NCBI GenBank assembly: GCA_951406725.2
Contig: OX597816.1
Location: 106,268,001-106,332,000 of the forward strand
Length of the DNA stretch: 64,000 nucleotides
Origin: Octopus vulgaris
Taxonomy: Eukaryota
Direction: 5' to 3'
Shown here: one piece after another, positions 38,241 through 49,499 of the stretch
Position numbering within the stretch: the stretch's first letter is position 1
Layout of the letters: every line of letters begins with the position of its first letter
Translations under genes and position numbers: made by a program
The notes under the pieces: model-generated
Databases searched by the model: none
Seen by the model: the letters and a program-made list of their open reading frames with translations, nothing else
Told to the model about the DNA's origin: nothing

Positions 38241-39507
38241 TCGATGTAATCAACTTAAACCATAAAAATCGCACTTTAAAATATTGTTTAGTGACAGTGA
38301 TGTAATTTTCCTTCAAACTACAAACCGGAGTTTATATATGTACCAGCTACTACAAATAATTATTTGTATGAAAAGTAAGGCCCTACATATATCAAATTGT
38401 CTTTAAATTAAATGGCATCAGAAGAATTATCGTTGAACTTTTAAAAGGTGAGTTTATTGTTGCCTACAGCCAGCTATATGTTGTTCAAGAGTAGGGAATG
38501 GAAACAAGCTACTTGTACTGACCCTGCATAGGAAAACAAAAAATGTTGTTTATCATACAGTTTTGCAATAAGTTCCAAATCAACAAATTATATCATTGTT
38601 TTGATGAAAATTGTTCATTGCTTGAAATAAAATTCAAGTTCAATAAAATTTAATATGTACTCAATGCATGAAGTGTCATTGTTGGGCCCACTGAAGAGCC
38701 CTCTACAGGGGCTAGCTTTCAAGCCAGTATATAAATGATGATGATGACATATAATCATCATTATCATGTAACATCCACTTTTCCATGCTCATATGGGTTA
38801 GATGGGATTTTTTTTAAAAGCAAATTTTGTACAGCCAGATGCCCTTCTTATTGCCAACCTCCACTTGTGTCCAAGCTTTCATGTATTCAGATAAGTTTGC
38901 ATGTTGTGAGAATAAAGAAGAATTTGACATTTTGGAATTAACTCTTTGTCAGAGAGAGATGGAACAAATTAATTTCATTCTCAAACTATCAGATTCCTTT
39001 TCTTCTTGCCACATACAAATTTCTCAAACACCTGAACCACACAATATGATTTTTTTACCAACAGAAGCTATCACCTTTTTTTTTTTTTTTTTTTTTTACT
39101 TAATATTCATTTTGTTTGTTTTTTATGCTTGCATGGATGGATGGTCATTATTGAGGAATTATTTTACAGCTGTATGCTTTTCTTTTTGCTCTTATCTGCT
39201 TTACCCGAAGAGATTTCTTTTTATTCCACTTCTCTTCAAAAGTACAGAGCCACAGGATGATTTGTAATATATTATTATCTACTACATGTATATATATTCT
39301 ACAATTGTGTTTGATAAGCATATGATTGGCATAAACAGATTTGTAGTTTGATAAAGGAAAAGTGTATTGTATGTTCAATGAAAAAAGAAAAGAAAAAATG
39401 CCTTATAGTCTATACTGCTGGTTTAATTAAATATTATATTGTATCAATCAAAAACATAATGTATGAGTTTAATAATAAAAAAATGTTTGCCTTTCTTTCC
39501 ATTTCAG

Positions 39508-39605
39508 AACCAAACAAAGTAAATTCACACAGCAATGACAATGAGAAACAAATGCTTGAAACAACCAATCTAAACAAATTAATGAATCTCAGAAAAACTT
39601 CTGAA
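39508..39605 (+). CDS. WDCP: WDCP exon (low-conservation linker)
   Basis: tttcag|AA..GAA|gtaaat; EPNKVNSHSNDNEKQMLETTNLNKLMNLRKTSE. Strong polypyrimidine acceptor; phases 1/0 bridge the neighbours; little recognisable homology. Confidence 0.75.
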
Positions 39606-39727
39606 GTAAATAATATAATTACATTACATATTTCTAAAATATGAAAACATATTTATCATCATAAAAGGCTTAGTATGAGACTATCATTTAATGTGTTGTT
39701 ACTATTATTATCATCATTATTATTATG

Positions 39728-40200
39728 AAGATGGCGAGATGGCAGAATTGTTAGTATGCCAGATAAAATGCTTAGTAGCATTTTACCCATCTTTATGATC
39801 TGAGTTCAAATTCCACCAATATTGACTTTGCCTTTCACCCTTTCAGGGTTGATAAAATGAATACCAGTTGAGCACTGGGGTCAATGTAACCAACTTATTC
39901 CCTCCACTGAAACTGCTGGCCTTGTGCCAAAATTTGAAATTATTATTATTATTATTACTACTACTACTACTACTATTACTACAACTACTACTTAGGCAGT
40001 GAGCTAGCAGAATTGTTAGCATGCCAGGCAAAATGCTATGCGGCATTTTGTCCATCTTTATATTCTTAGTTCAGGTTCCGCCATGGTCGACTTTGCCTTT
40101 CATCCTTTCAGGATCGACGAATAAATACCATTTATGCACTGGGATCGATGCAGTTGACTAGCCTTCTCCCCCAAAATTTCGGGCCTTGTGCCTAGTAGAA
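39728..40200 (+). mobile_element. Two tandem SINE family B copies
   Basis: gcctttca(c/t)cctttcagg..gataaa..taccag core twice, separated by (ATT)n(ACT)n. Confidence 0.85.
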
Positions 40201-40944
40201 GTATCATACCAAACTGACCAGAACTTGTATGTTTTTAAGAAGTTTCTCTTAGATAAAGTATTACAGCTATTGCCATTCTGCATGATAAATGTTATATTCA
40301 TCAGTATTTTAAACTAATGCTATTTCAAATGCATATACCAAATTGATTTTAGCTTAACTAGCTTTTGCCAAATCAGTGAATGTTTTGTTTTCTGATTTCT
40401 TTATTAGAATGAATATTTCAACTTAGCTCAGAATGTCCAAGGGTGTTTTGCCACTGAGGAAACCAAATCAGGCTGAAACACCATATCTGATAATCTACTG
40501 ACAATATTCTGAATGAGCTCTCTTTTCTAATACACAAATCTCTTTGAGAAGTTTCTCTGAGACAAAATATTTATTGGTGATCATTCTGTGTTTGTATACA
40601 CATTATTATTTTAATCTAGTACTGATTCAACTGCATCTAATATATTTCAGCCATGCTTGCATGGATCAGATAAGAGTATGTTGGTGCAAAGTTATCTGTG
40701 GCTGGATGTTTTTCTTGCCACCAACTTCTACATGAGGTTACAATCTCCCAAACATACACACACACACATATAAATTAATATATGTGTGTATAATGTGTTG
40801 TAATTTACCTCCAATTCTGTTGTATTTTAGGCAACTTCTCATATCCTTGCTTAAATTGAGTTAAAATATTATTGATATTCAATTTACAATTTCATCTTCT
40901 GTAGCTCTTTCTCTGTTGTAACACCAAAATCATTACATTTGCAG

Positions 40945-41067
40945 TGTGACGTTGACAACCTGTCACAGCTTGTTGTAATCAGAGTGAAGGAAAATATGAA
41001 AGATCCTGAATTTCTAATCAGAACTAGCATTAAAGGAATTAATACACCTGATTTGCTTCATTTTCAG
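40945..41067 (+). CDS. WDCP: WDCP exon
   Basis: tttgcag|TGT..CAG|gtttgt; CDVDNLSQLVVIRVKENMKDPEFLIRTSIKGINTPDLLHFQ (human SSHLVLV...IPGILVPDLIAF). Phases 0/0; acceptor chosen for frame compatibility. Confidence 0.82.
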
Positions 41068-43128
41068 GTTTGTAGCCTTTATTTCTTTTTTTGATATCAT
41101 CATTCCATTTTTGTTATACCCAAAGGCACCCAAGATACATGACCACTGACCACAGTAACTATTTTAAACTATGATATCAATTATTGTCATGTGTTCCTAG
41201 AGATATGTTGCAAAACACCTGCTTACCCAACTGATGTCAGTCACTTATTTTGCCTACTCCACTGTTGATTTGATTAAAAGTAGAAATGACATTTAGCTAC
41301 AAACAAGTATTTTCTCAACAGGTACATACTAGAGTGTTACCTGTTATATGATGGCTAACATTGGAAGTATACTTATGCCACTATGGTCAATATCAGGAAG
41401 TATGGCACCTGTGCAATAATTATTATTTAACTTTTATCAAATTTCTTGATATTTATTTATGCAAAATAATGAAAAGGATATTAATTTTCAAAAGAAAAAT
41501 ATTTATTACCATAAAATTAAATAACACAAATTTCTCATTTCTATAACCATCATTTACTCTCTCTCTCTTCCTCTTCTCTCTCTATGATTCTTTCTCCTTC
41601 ATTGTGCATGTGTGTACAGCATTCCTTTACTCATTGCCTAATAACTGCACTCATCCTACACTTCTTATGATAACTCTCTCCATATCTCTCTTTTACTCTC
41701 TCTTCACCTCTCTCTGTATGATGTAAAGCCTCATTAGAAAAATCATCAAACATACCAACCAACCGACCAACGTTTATATTAGCTATTATTATACAGAGAT
41801 CTCTAAATTATTGTAAGAGTCATATTGACCAGGACTTTAAATTTTGCCTAATGGCTTATTCAGCCATTTTGACCAAACAAAGCAAAACTTGAAGGGAGAG
41901 ATTTAAAGTCCTAGTCAACATGAATTTGACAATAAATTTGACTCTACCTTCAGTATCAAGCTCCCTACCCATCAGTAAATGTTCTGTTTTTATTCTTTAA
42001 TTTACTTTAAAATAATAACCTCAGTTTGACATTTATCTGTGTAAATTATCAAGAACCCTCTCACCTGTATTCGCATGGAAAACGAATAAACACAGTAAAG
42101 GAAATTGGTAAATTGATGACAGTCAAATTGTATTATTAGCTGAAATATCAACTCATTCATTACATTCACTTTGAACTAGGTTTCACAGCCTTTTCCCCCA
42201 TTCTGTCATCAGTGCCATAGCTTTTTAAGTTATTGGTGTGTTGTTTAGTTTCATGTCAAACTTGATTGGACAGGCCTAGGGTCAAAGGCAGTTCAGACAT
42301 AACCATTCCATCTTTTTTCTATATCAGGGACTACATAGTGCAATGTATTTTTCCTTTTCTTTTTATTTTAAGACAACAGGGTATGCTACTCAGGGACATT
42401 TAGAAGCTATTTCTAGTAGGTCTACTGACTGGGTAGAGGCCAAGTTTGACATCTCATTAAGTAGAATTGTAACCTGTTGTCAGCCAAGCTACCCACATAT
42501 AACACACTAACACCAATGGTTTTTCACAGTTATAGAAGATTGATAAAAATCATCTTAATTATGTCATAGTTAAGAGAATGGAAACAAACAACTTATATTA
42601 CACATCCAACAGAGCATGCTAGTTTTATTTCTTTCCAGTCTTTTCAGTCCTCTGAATTCAAGGCCCATGTTTCACCACCATGCAAACATTGCACTTCTAA
42701 CATAAGTGTTGTACAATCTGCCCTTCACTTTGCGGGAAAAGACTTTTGTTACCAGGAGATTGATAAAATATATTACATGTCATTGATTGCACATAATATT
42801 CAGCAAATAAACATCAACAGATGAGCTAATGAGGGAGCCTCAACATGCTAAAGATAGCAACCAAATTTCCCTCTGATCACACCCTACAGTCAGGATATGA
42901 TTTAAGATAGGAATGACATCGTGAATAATGTAATCCCTGACAGTCTGTTTCTGAAGAAAATAAAGATGGTCATGAAATGCCATTTGATTTTAAGTTTGCT
43001 CATTCGGAGTTGACAAAGGACTAATAAAGAAAAACTGTCTTTTGTGAAACCATTCATATACAAACACTGCTGATTATCATTGCCTTTGTAGAAAGAAAAT
43101 CTTGTTGAATAATTTTTTTTTTTTACAG

Positions 43129-43227
43129 ACTTTAAAACAAGTTCTCATCGTTGGAAGCAACATACAGACTTCTCTGCAGCTTTTTAATTTTGCCAAGGAT
43201 TTTAAGTTAATCAAACTTGCTAATGTG
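43129..43227 (+). CDS. WDCP: WDCP exon
   Basis: polyT-acag|ACT..GTG|gtaggt; TLKQVLIVGSNIQTSLQLFNFAKDFKLIKLANV (human HVVAVASNTCNIILIY). Phases 0/0. Confidence 0.87.
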
Positions 43228-43584
43228 GTAGGTATTGTGTTTGATTCTTCTTTTTTTTTCTTTCTTTTTTTCTCCTTTTTTTTTTTGCATTGTTTAAAAG
43301 AAATATTCTTTACCAATTCCTTGATTAATTTTTCTTTTTAACAAATAAAATTGTAAAAGAGCTATTCCTTTTATTTAGATAACTGTCTTTTATATAGGCA
43401 CACAGGCAAAATCACAGAAATGTAAATTGAATTTATGATTTTTTTTCTGATTTTTTCCTTAAATGACACTGATGGTGAAACTAAATAAAAAGAAATATCA
43501 ACAGCTAGAAATCAAAACTAAGCTAGTGACTTCACTTGTGAGGTTACTTCTGCATGTATCTTTATTATAATGTGATTTATTATT

Positions 43585-43935
43585 GAGCTGGTAGAACCGT
43601 TAATGCAGTGAACAAAGTGTTCAGTGGCTTTTCTTCTGGCTCTTTGCAGTTTAAGTTTAAATCTGCTAATTTCAACTTTGCTTTACATCCTTTCAGAGTT
43701 AATAAAATAAAGTACCAGTCAAGTGTTGGGTTCAATATAATCAACTGACCCCATCCCCCAAAAAATTTCAGGCCTAGTGCCTTAGGTAGAGCGAATTATT
43801 ATTAGATTACTGGATTAGCAGAATCATAAATATGTCAAACAAATTGACTTGTGGTATTTCCTCCAGCTCTTTACCTTCTAGGTTCAAATCCTGCCAAGCC
43901 AACTTTGCCTTTCGTACTTTCAGGGTTGATAAAAG
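43585..43935 (+). mobile_element. Two tandem SINE family B copies
   Basis: gagctggtagaaccgttaa..catcctttcagagttaataaaataaagtaccag; second unit ..tttgcctttcgtactttcagggttgataaa. Confidence 0.75.
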
Positions 43936-43963
43936 GAAGCTGATGATATAGACTTCATATTGT

Positions 43964-44198
43964 TTAACTCTTTGGCATTTGGATTACCCTGTCAAATGTA
44001 ATTCTTATTTAATGTCATTGCTTTGAACTGAACTAACCATGCATTATCTTGTAGTTTTGAGATTCTGGTAATGTGAATGTTATTTTTAGAATGACATTGT
44101 AGGGTAGGTATATAAAGCTGGATTTGGCTGGCTTGAGCATTGAACAAGTAGAATAATATTTCGGGTGGATATGGCCAGTTTAAATGCTAAAGGGTTAA
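43964..44198. mobile_element. Second piggyBac-type MITE family
   Basis: ttaactctttggcattt ... aaatgctaaagggttaa; related copies at 53030-53184 and a tandem pair at ~60985-61355. Confidence 0.78.
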
Positions 44199-45924
44199 AT
44201 TAGAAACATGGTGAATTGGCAGAATTCTTAGGGCATCAGAGAAATTACTTTACAGTATACTTGAGCAAATGTATTATTCTACTATAGCCCAAAGCTAACC
44301 AATACCTTACAAGGGAATTTGGTCAATGGAAATTGTGGCAGGATATGGGATCCAAATGTTTTTTTGTTTTTTTTTTATAGTGAGACATGGAATTGTGAAA
44401 AAAATTTTACCTTTCCTCAGCCTACCCAAACCAATCGCTCCTACCAAGTGTACCGTGTGAAGACTTTGCTACAGTATAGTGTTATTCTGTGATAAAATAT
44501 TTTTAGAAATATTGTTTTTATCCAACTACTGATGGAGCCTATGTTTTTTAGGAAAGTTATTGTGGAACCCTAGGAAAAATAGGTTGTGAAACACTGGAAT
44601 AATGTTTCCCACAAAATGCCTGGTGTAATTTGTGCCTATGTTAAAAATCATTACTGTTAGCTATGTTGTATCATCAAAAGATGGATCTTTGGACTCACTT
44701 GTAACACATTCCTACTGATTAAAGTTTCTTATGTAAAATTATGACAGTTTAATTTAAATAATGAACAATTTAAAATGACACTTTTCTTTGAAAGAACCAA
44801 ATTATTAATATGATCGTATATTTCATATGCATGTATAGAAATGCACAATGGAGTATGTAAGTAGTATAAGTTTTAGCTAGCACTGCAATTTGTAAGTAAA
44901 TGTGTATATGTGTGGAGATAAGTCAAATTGTTATTAAAAATATATGTAACACCTACCAAATGCTACATTTTTTTTTATTTGTCCACTCACTATATATAGA
45001 CATGGTAATCAAATAAAGAATAAGAATTATATCCATATAATACTTTATTTACTTACATATATTTCAAATGACTCAATGTACTGTATCCACAACATATACA
45101 CTTAATTGATTAATTAATCAACCAATTTATGGAGCAATCATCTCACAAACCATTCTCATCAGAGCTCAAAAACATCTGTTAAATTTTTAGAAGACAGTCA
45201 CAAGCAAAATTAGTGAAGAAGATAACTGATAACAAACATATCAGACTCCCTCTCATTGTTTATTATCCCTATGGTTTATATTTTTGGGAGGTATTGATAT
45301 TATCAAACTTTAAGAAAAACCTTTATGAATAATAAAGTGTTTAATGTCTATATTAGTCAGTCTGTTTAAGGGGAGAAGGAAGTTTGGTATCTAAAGTCAG
45401 TTGAGTGCAATCCTGCATTCAGTAAACAACCGAAGGTAATAAATTGTCTCACTGAAAATTTTTTTTAATTTAATTTTTATAGCTATTAAATCAAATTCCA
45501 TTTTTAAAAAAAGCATTAAAAAATTAGATTAAACTGAATTACATTAGGTGTGATAATTATGGACTCAGTATTGGAAAGACAGATTGAAATTAGAAAGAGT
45601 TAGGAAAGGAACGCTTATACTATTTTTTTTATGGAACAACATAGCCATTTCAGATTTTTACAAACTTGGGGCATACATTAATAATGTTTCCCTTATTCTA
45701 CTAATTAAAAAGTAGGCACAAGATTAACTCAATCACAAATTGCAAAAAAACATTCAGTTAAGAATCATATGTCAAAATGTATAGATTCAACTTAACCACA
45801 TGTAAAAAAAAAAAATTGTTTAAAAGTGTTAATTTAAAATGTCTTATTGCAGAAATGTTGCTTCTTGTCTAAATTAATTGTGAATATGATAGCCTTCATT
45901 GAATTATGTGTCACTTCTTTGTAG

Positions 45925-46114
45925 GAACTTGAAACCCACAGTCGTCCAAAAGGTGTTTGCAGTCTTCCACCAGAGCTTTCCACAAATAGCAGTAATGGTA
46001 ACATGTTAATCATGCTAGGTAAACGCTCAGAGACAAACCCTTCCATTTTCTCCACCTCCACAGAATCTAAGTATGAACTGTGGTTGCAGTGCTTTTCACT
46101 GGACAATGCACAAA
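45925..46114 (+). CDS. WDCP: WDCP exon
   Basis: tttgtag|GAA..CAAA|gtaagt; ELETHSRPKGVCSLPP...MLIMLGKRSETNPSIFSTSTESKYELWLQCF (human LENTERPKGICFL...LLILVGKQ...SDQY). Phases 0/1. Confidence 0.92.
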
Positions 46115-46152
46115 GTAAGTTGATTTATTATTTTATTTCTAACCGAGATGGA

Positions 46153-46381
46153 TTAACCCTTTCATTACTATATTTCTATTGAAATACACTGCCTTTTTCT
46201 CAATTAATTTTGAAAATAATTTTTTAAAATATTAAACTAATGCTGACATTATTCATCTGGGGGTTTGGAACATAAATTAACATGAAATTTTAATGGAAAT
46301 TTTAAATTAGATTACTTTAAAATGTGAAATTTTTATCAGAACCGAGGGCAGTTTCTGGCAGGTTGGTATCTAAAGGGTTAA
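46153..46381. mobile_element. piggyBac-type MITE (TTAA|CCCTTT..AAAGGG|TTAA)
   Basis: ttaaccctttc ... taaagggttaa; reverse copies at ~22925-23138 and 53492-53712, fragments at 8751 and 1456. Confidence 0.8.
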
Positions 46382-47180
46382 ACACAAAGAAGTGTGTTTG
46401 TATCTTTGGTGTAATACAAGTTATATTGGTTGTTATTATTGAGCCCCAAGTCAACCATATTCAAGCAGAACTATGATTAAATGTCTTCCACCCATGACCA
46501 TCACATTTATATGTATATCAGTGTATCCTTTATTTAAAACAGTGTGATGTGATTTGAGTGAAATTTGACTTCTACTTCAAGTAGGTTTACCAATAGTATT
46601 GAGCGGTGGTCATGATGGGTGTTTGCTTTAAAAAAGATATGCTTCTAACAAACTAAGCTTGCAACATGGTATCAGTAACCAGTTGTAGCATATTTCTTTA
46701 TAATTATGCTACTTTTATGTTTAGATCTGATTAGGAAATACACTATTTTGTCATGCTCTTTTATCTACTAAATTGTCCAGCTACTTAGTGACCTTCTCAT
46801 TATTACTTCTGCTTGTATAATGAAGTTTATGTTTCGCAGATGATGTCTATTAAGATTGAAACATGTCTAGTTTTGTCTCCCATATTTGCTGAAAATATTA
46901 AAATAATATTTGTCATTAAGCTAATATTGTCTTTTCTTTCTTTTTACATAAGCACTTCTAGCTATAGTTTAAAGCTCTCTACATTAAAATATATTACGAT
47001 AAAACATTTGACTGTCACCCTAATATACAAGATAGATAATTTTATACACAAACTGGTAACAAGGTATCCTATAATTAATTACATGTTAAAATTATCATAT
47101 GCATATTTTTTTGTTTTCATATTCTCTTGAACTTTTTTATATTTCATGATTTGAAATATTAATCCTCCCACTTGTATATA

Positions 47181-48317
47181 TTGGGTCATCCCATAAATAA
47201 AGCAGTTTTTTTTCAATTGCATGAACTAAAAGTCAGAGGGGGTGGGATAAACTACCTGCATCAACTTGCTGTAAAAGCAGGTAGTAATTTTACCTTGTGC
47301 TTATTCTTAGTGCAAGTTTTGAAGAGTGCAGTTCGATTTTAACAGTTATTTTTTCAAAGCTATAATGGAAGTGAAAAAGCAGCATATTTTGCTTCATGAG
47401 TTCAATAGAGGCAACAATGCAACAGAAAGTGTGAGGAATATTAATGCAGTATATGGGGATCAGACAATAAGTGTAGACCAGTCTCGGTGGTGGTTCCAGA
47501 AATTCCAAGCCAGAAACTACAGCCTAGAAGACAAGCCTCATCCTGGAAAATCTGTAGAGCTCGATGAGGATGATGTCCTGCAAACCCTGGTGGAACAAAA
47601 TCCCATCATAACTGTTGAGGAACTAGCGGAGAAGCTTAGATTTGGTCATTCAACCATTCATCAACATCTGCATGCCATCAGAAAAGTCAGCAAATTGGGT
47701 CAGTGGGTTCTTCACAAACTTTCCAAGTGTAATCGCGCACAGAGAGTGAATGTGTGCTCTTCTTTGCTGTCACATCACGAATGAACCTTTTTTGGACAAA
47801 ATAGTGAATGGCGACAAGAAATGGGTTCCCAAACCAAACGATAACAAAGGAGATCTACTGTGAGCAGCTTGAGTGGCTTAAGTCAGTGCTAGAAGAAAAA
47901 CAACCATCTTTGGTTTCAAGATGAAAAGTGTTCTTCCATCAGGATAATGCTTGGCCACATACAGCATGGATGACATTCCAATGACTGGAGCAGTTTGAAT
48001 GGGAAATGATGCCTCAGCCACCATATTCACCGGATATTGCCCCATCTGATTATCATTTATTCCGCAATCTTCAAAATCATTTAGATGGGGGGGGGATATG
48101 AATTCTGTAGACAAGATCAGAACAGTCCTGGAGAAGTATTTTTCATCATGGACAAGTGAATTTTGGAAAAGGGGCTTTGCAAGTCTACCAGATAGATGCA
48201 AGAGCATTGTAGAAAATGAAGGAGAGTATATTTTAGATTTTAAAAAACTTTTTTTATCTTAATTTTGAAAAATAAAAGAACTATAAAAAATACTGCATTA
48301 TTTATGGGATGACCCAA
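47181..48317 (+). mobile_element. Mariner (DD34D) transposon, defective
   Basis: TIR ttgggtcatcccataaataa(a/t)gcagt at both ends with TA flanks. ORF 47326-47784 has the HTH and GQWVLHKL (WVPHEL motif); YSPDIAPSDYHLFRNLQNHL at ~48023. Stops and a central deletion. Confidence 0.93.
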
Positions 48318-48321
48318 TATT

Positions 48322-48692
48322 CTTTTATTTTTTTACTTGTTTCAGTCATTTGACTGTGGCCATGCTGGAGCACTAGCTTTAGTTGAACGACTCAACCCCA
48401 GAACTTATTTTTTGTAAGCCTAGTACTTACTCTATCGGTCTCTTTTGCCGAACTGCTAAGTTATGGGCATGTAAACACACCAACATCAGTTGTCAAGCGA
48501 TAGGGGAGGGAGGGCAAACAGAAACACACAAATATATGATGGGCTTCTTTCAGTTTCCGTCTACCAAATCCAATCACAAGGCTTTGGTCAGCCCAAGGCT
48601 ACAATAGAAGATACTTGCCCAAGGTGCCACGCAGTGGGATTGAACCTAGAACCATGTGGTTGGAAGCAAGCTTCTTACCACACCTGCGCCTG
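48322..48692 (-). mobile_element. SINE family A, near full length
   Basis: Same head, core and tail as the split copy. Further diverged copies at ~4397-4560(+), 5597-5700(+), 27783-28065(+), 28465-28620(+), 29278-29450(+). Confidence 0.88.
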
Positions 48693-49239
48693 TATATTTG
48701 TAAATGTTTAGAAACGTTTTACTGCCATGTTTACATATATGTTCTTGTGCACTACTATCATTTATCTCTTGACCCAACATATCCAACTACCAGAAGATTA
48801 GCTGCCTCTATTTTTGCCCCATTCGTTTGATTGCTTAAGTGTATGTTCTGTTATCTTAGAAATTATCCAATCCAGGAAGTTGACATTTTTATACCTTTGT
48901 TTACAACTCACTACATCCACTCCTTACTTGTCTCTGAACCCCTGCTACTGTGTAACTCTCTTATACCCCTTTCCTCCACTCCACATCATATTCTTATTTC
49001 TCATATGTCTATGGTTTTATTATGTTACTGCTCTCCACCCCCACTTTTTTGTACTGTCACGATAATCCACCCCTGTCTCCTTCACCTCCCAACCCCCAAC
49101 TGATATTCATCATTCACCATACCTCCACCATGTTCACCATTCACTACATTTATCTCTATTCCCCATCTGTCACTCTCCTTTCACATTATTTGCAAACTTA
49201 CCCATCCACCTTTCCCAATCCTCTATTCCCTCTTATATA

Positions 49240-49452
49240 CTCTCTTTTACTTATTTCAGTCATTTGACTGCGGCCATGCTGGAGCACCGCCTTTAGTCGA
49301 GCAACTCGACCCCAGGACTTATTCTTTGTAAGCCCAGTACTTATTTTATCGGTCTCTTTTGCCGAACCGCTAAGTGACGGAGACATAAACACACCAGCAT
49401 CGGTTGTCAAGCAATGCTAGGGGGACAAATACAGACACACAAACACACAAGC

Positions 49453-49497
<45 letters not shown>
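49240..49497 (-). mobile_element. tRNA-like SINE family A, 3' half (split by the RTE insertion)
   Basis: ttcagtcatttgactgcggccatgctggagcaccgcc...gggacaaatacagacacac followed by (TA)n; same tail as the intact copy at 48322-48692. Confidence 0.9.

Positions 49498-49499
<2 letters not shown>

Noticed and set aside
38686-38720. CTGAAGA-GCCCT-ctac-AGGGGC, hammerhead-like 5' core and stem II
   Set aside because: No GAAA follows the stem, so the catalytic core is incomplete.
47326-47784. Possible SETMAR-like domesticated gene
   Set aside because: Enclosed by mariner TIRs, truncated by a stop and deletions, and no SET domain or splice link to WDCP.
49404-49497. N-terminal 31 codons of the 806-aa ORF (MSSNARGTN..YIYIYI)
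   Set aside because: Chance read-through of antisense SINE and (TA)n sequence from a non-ATG start; not part of the LINE protein.
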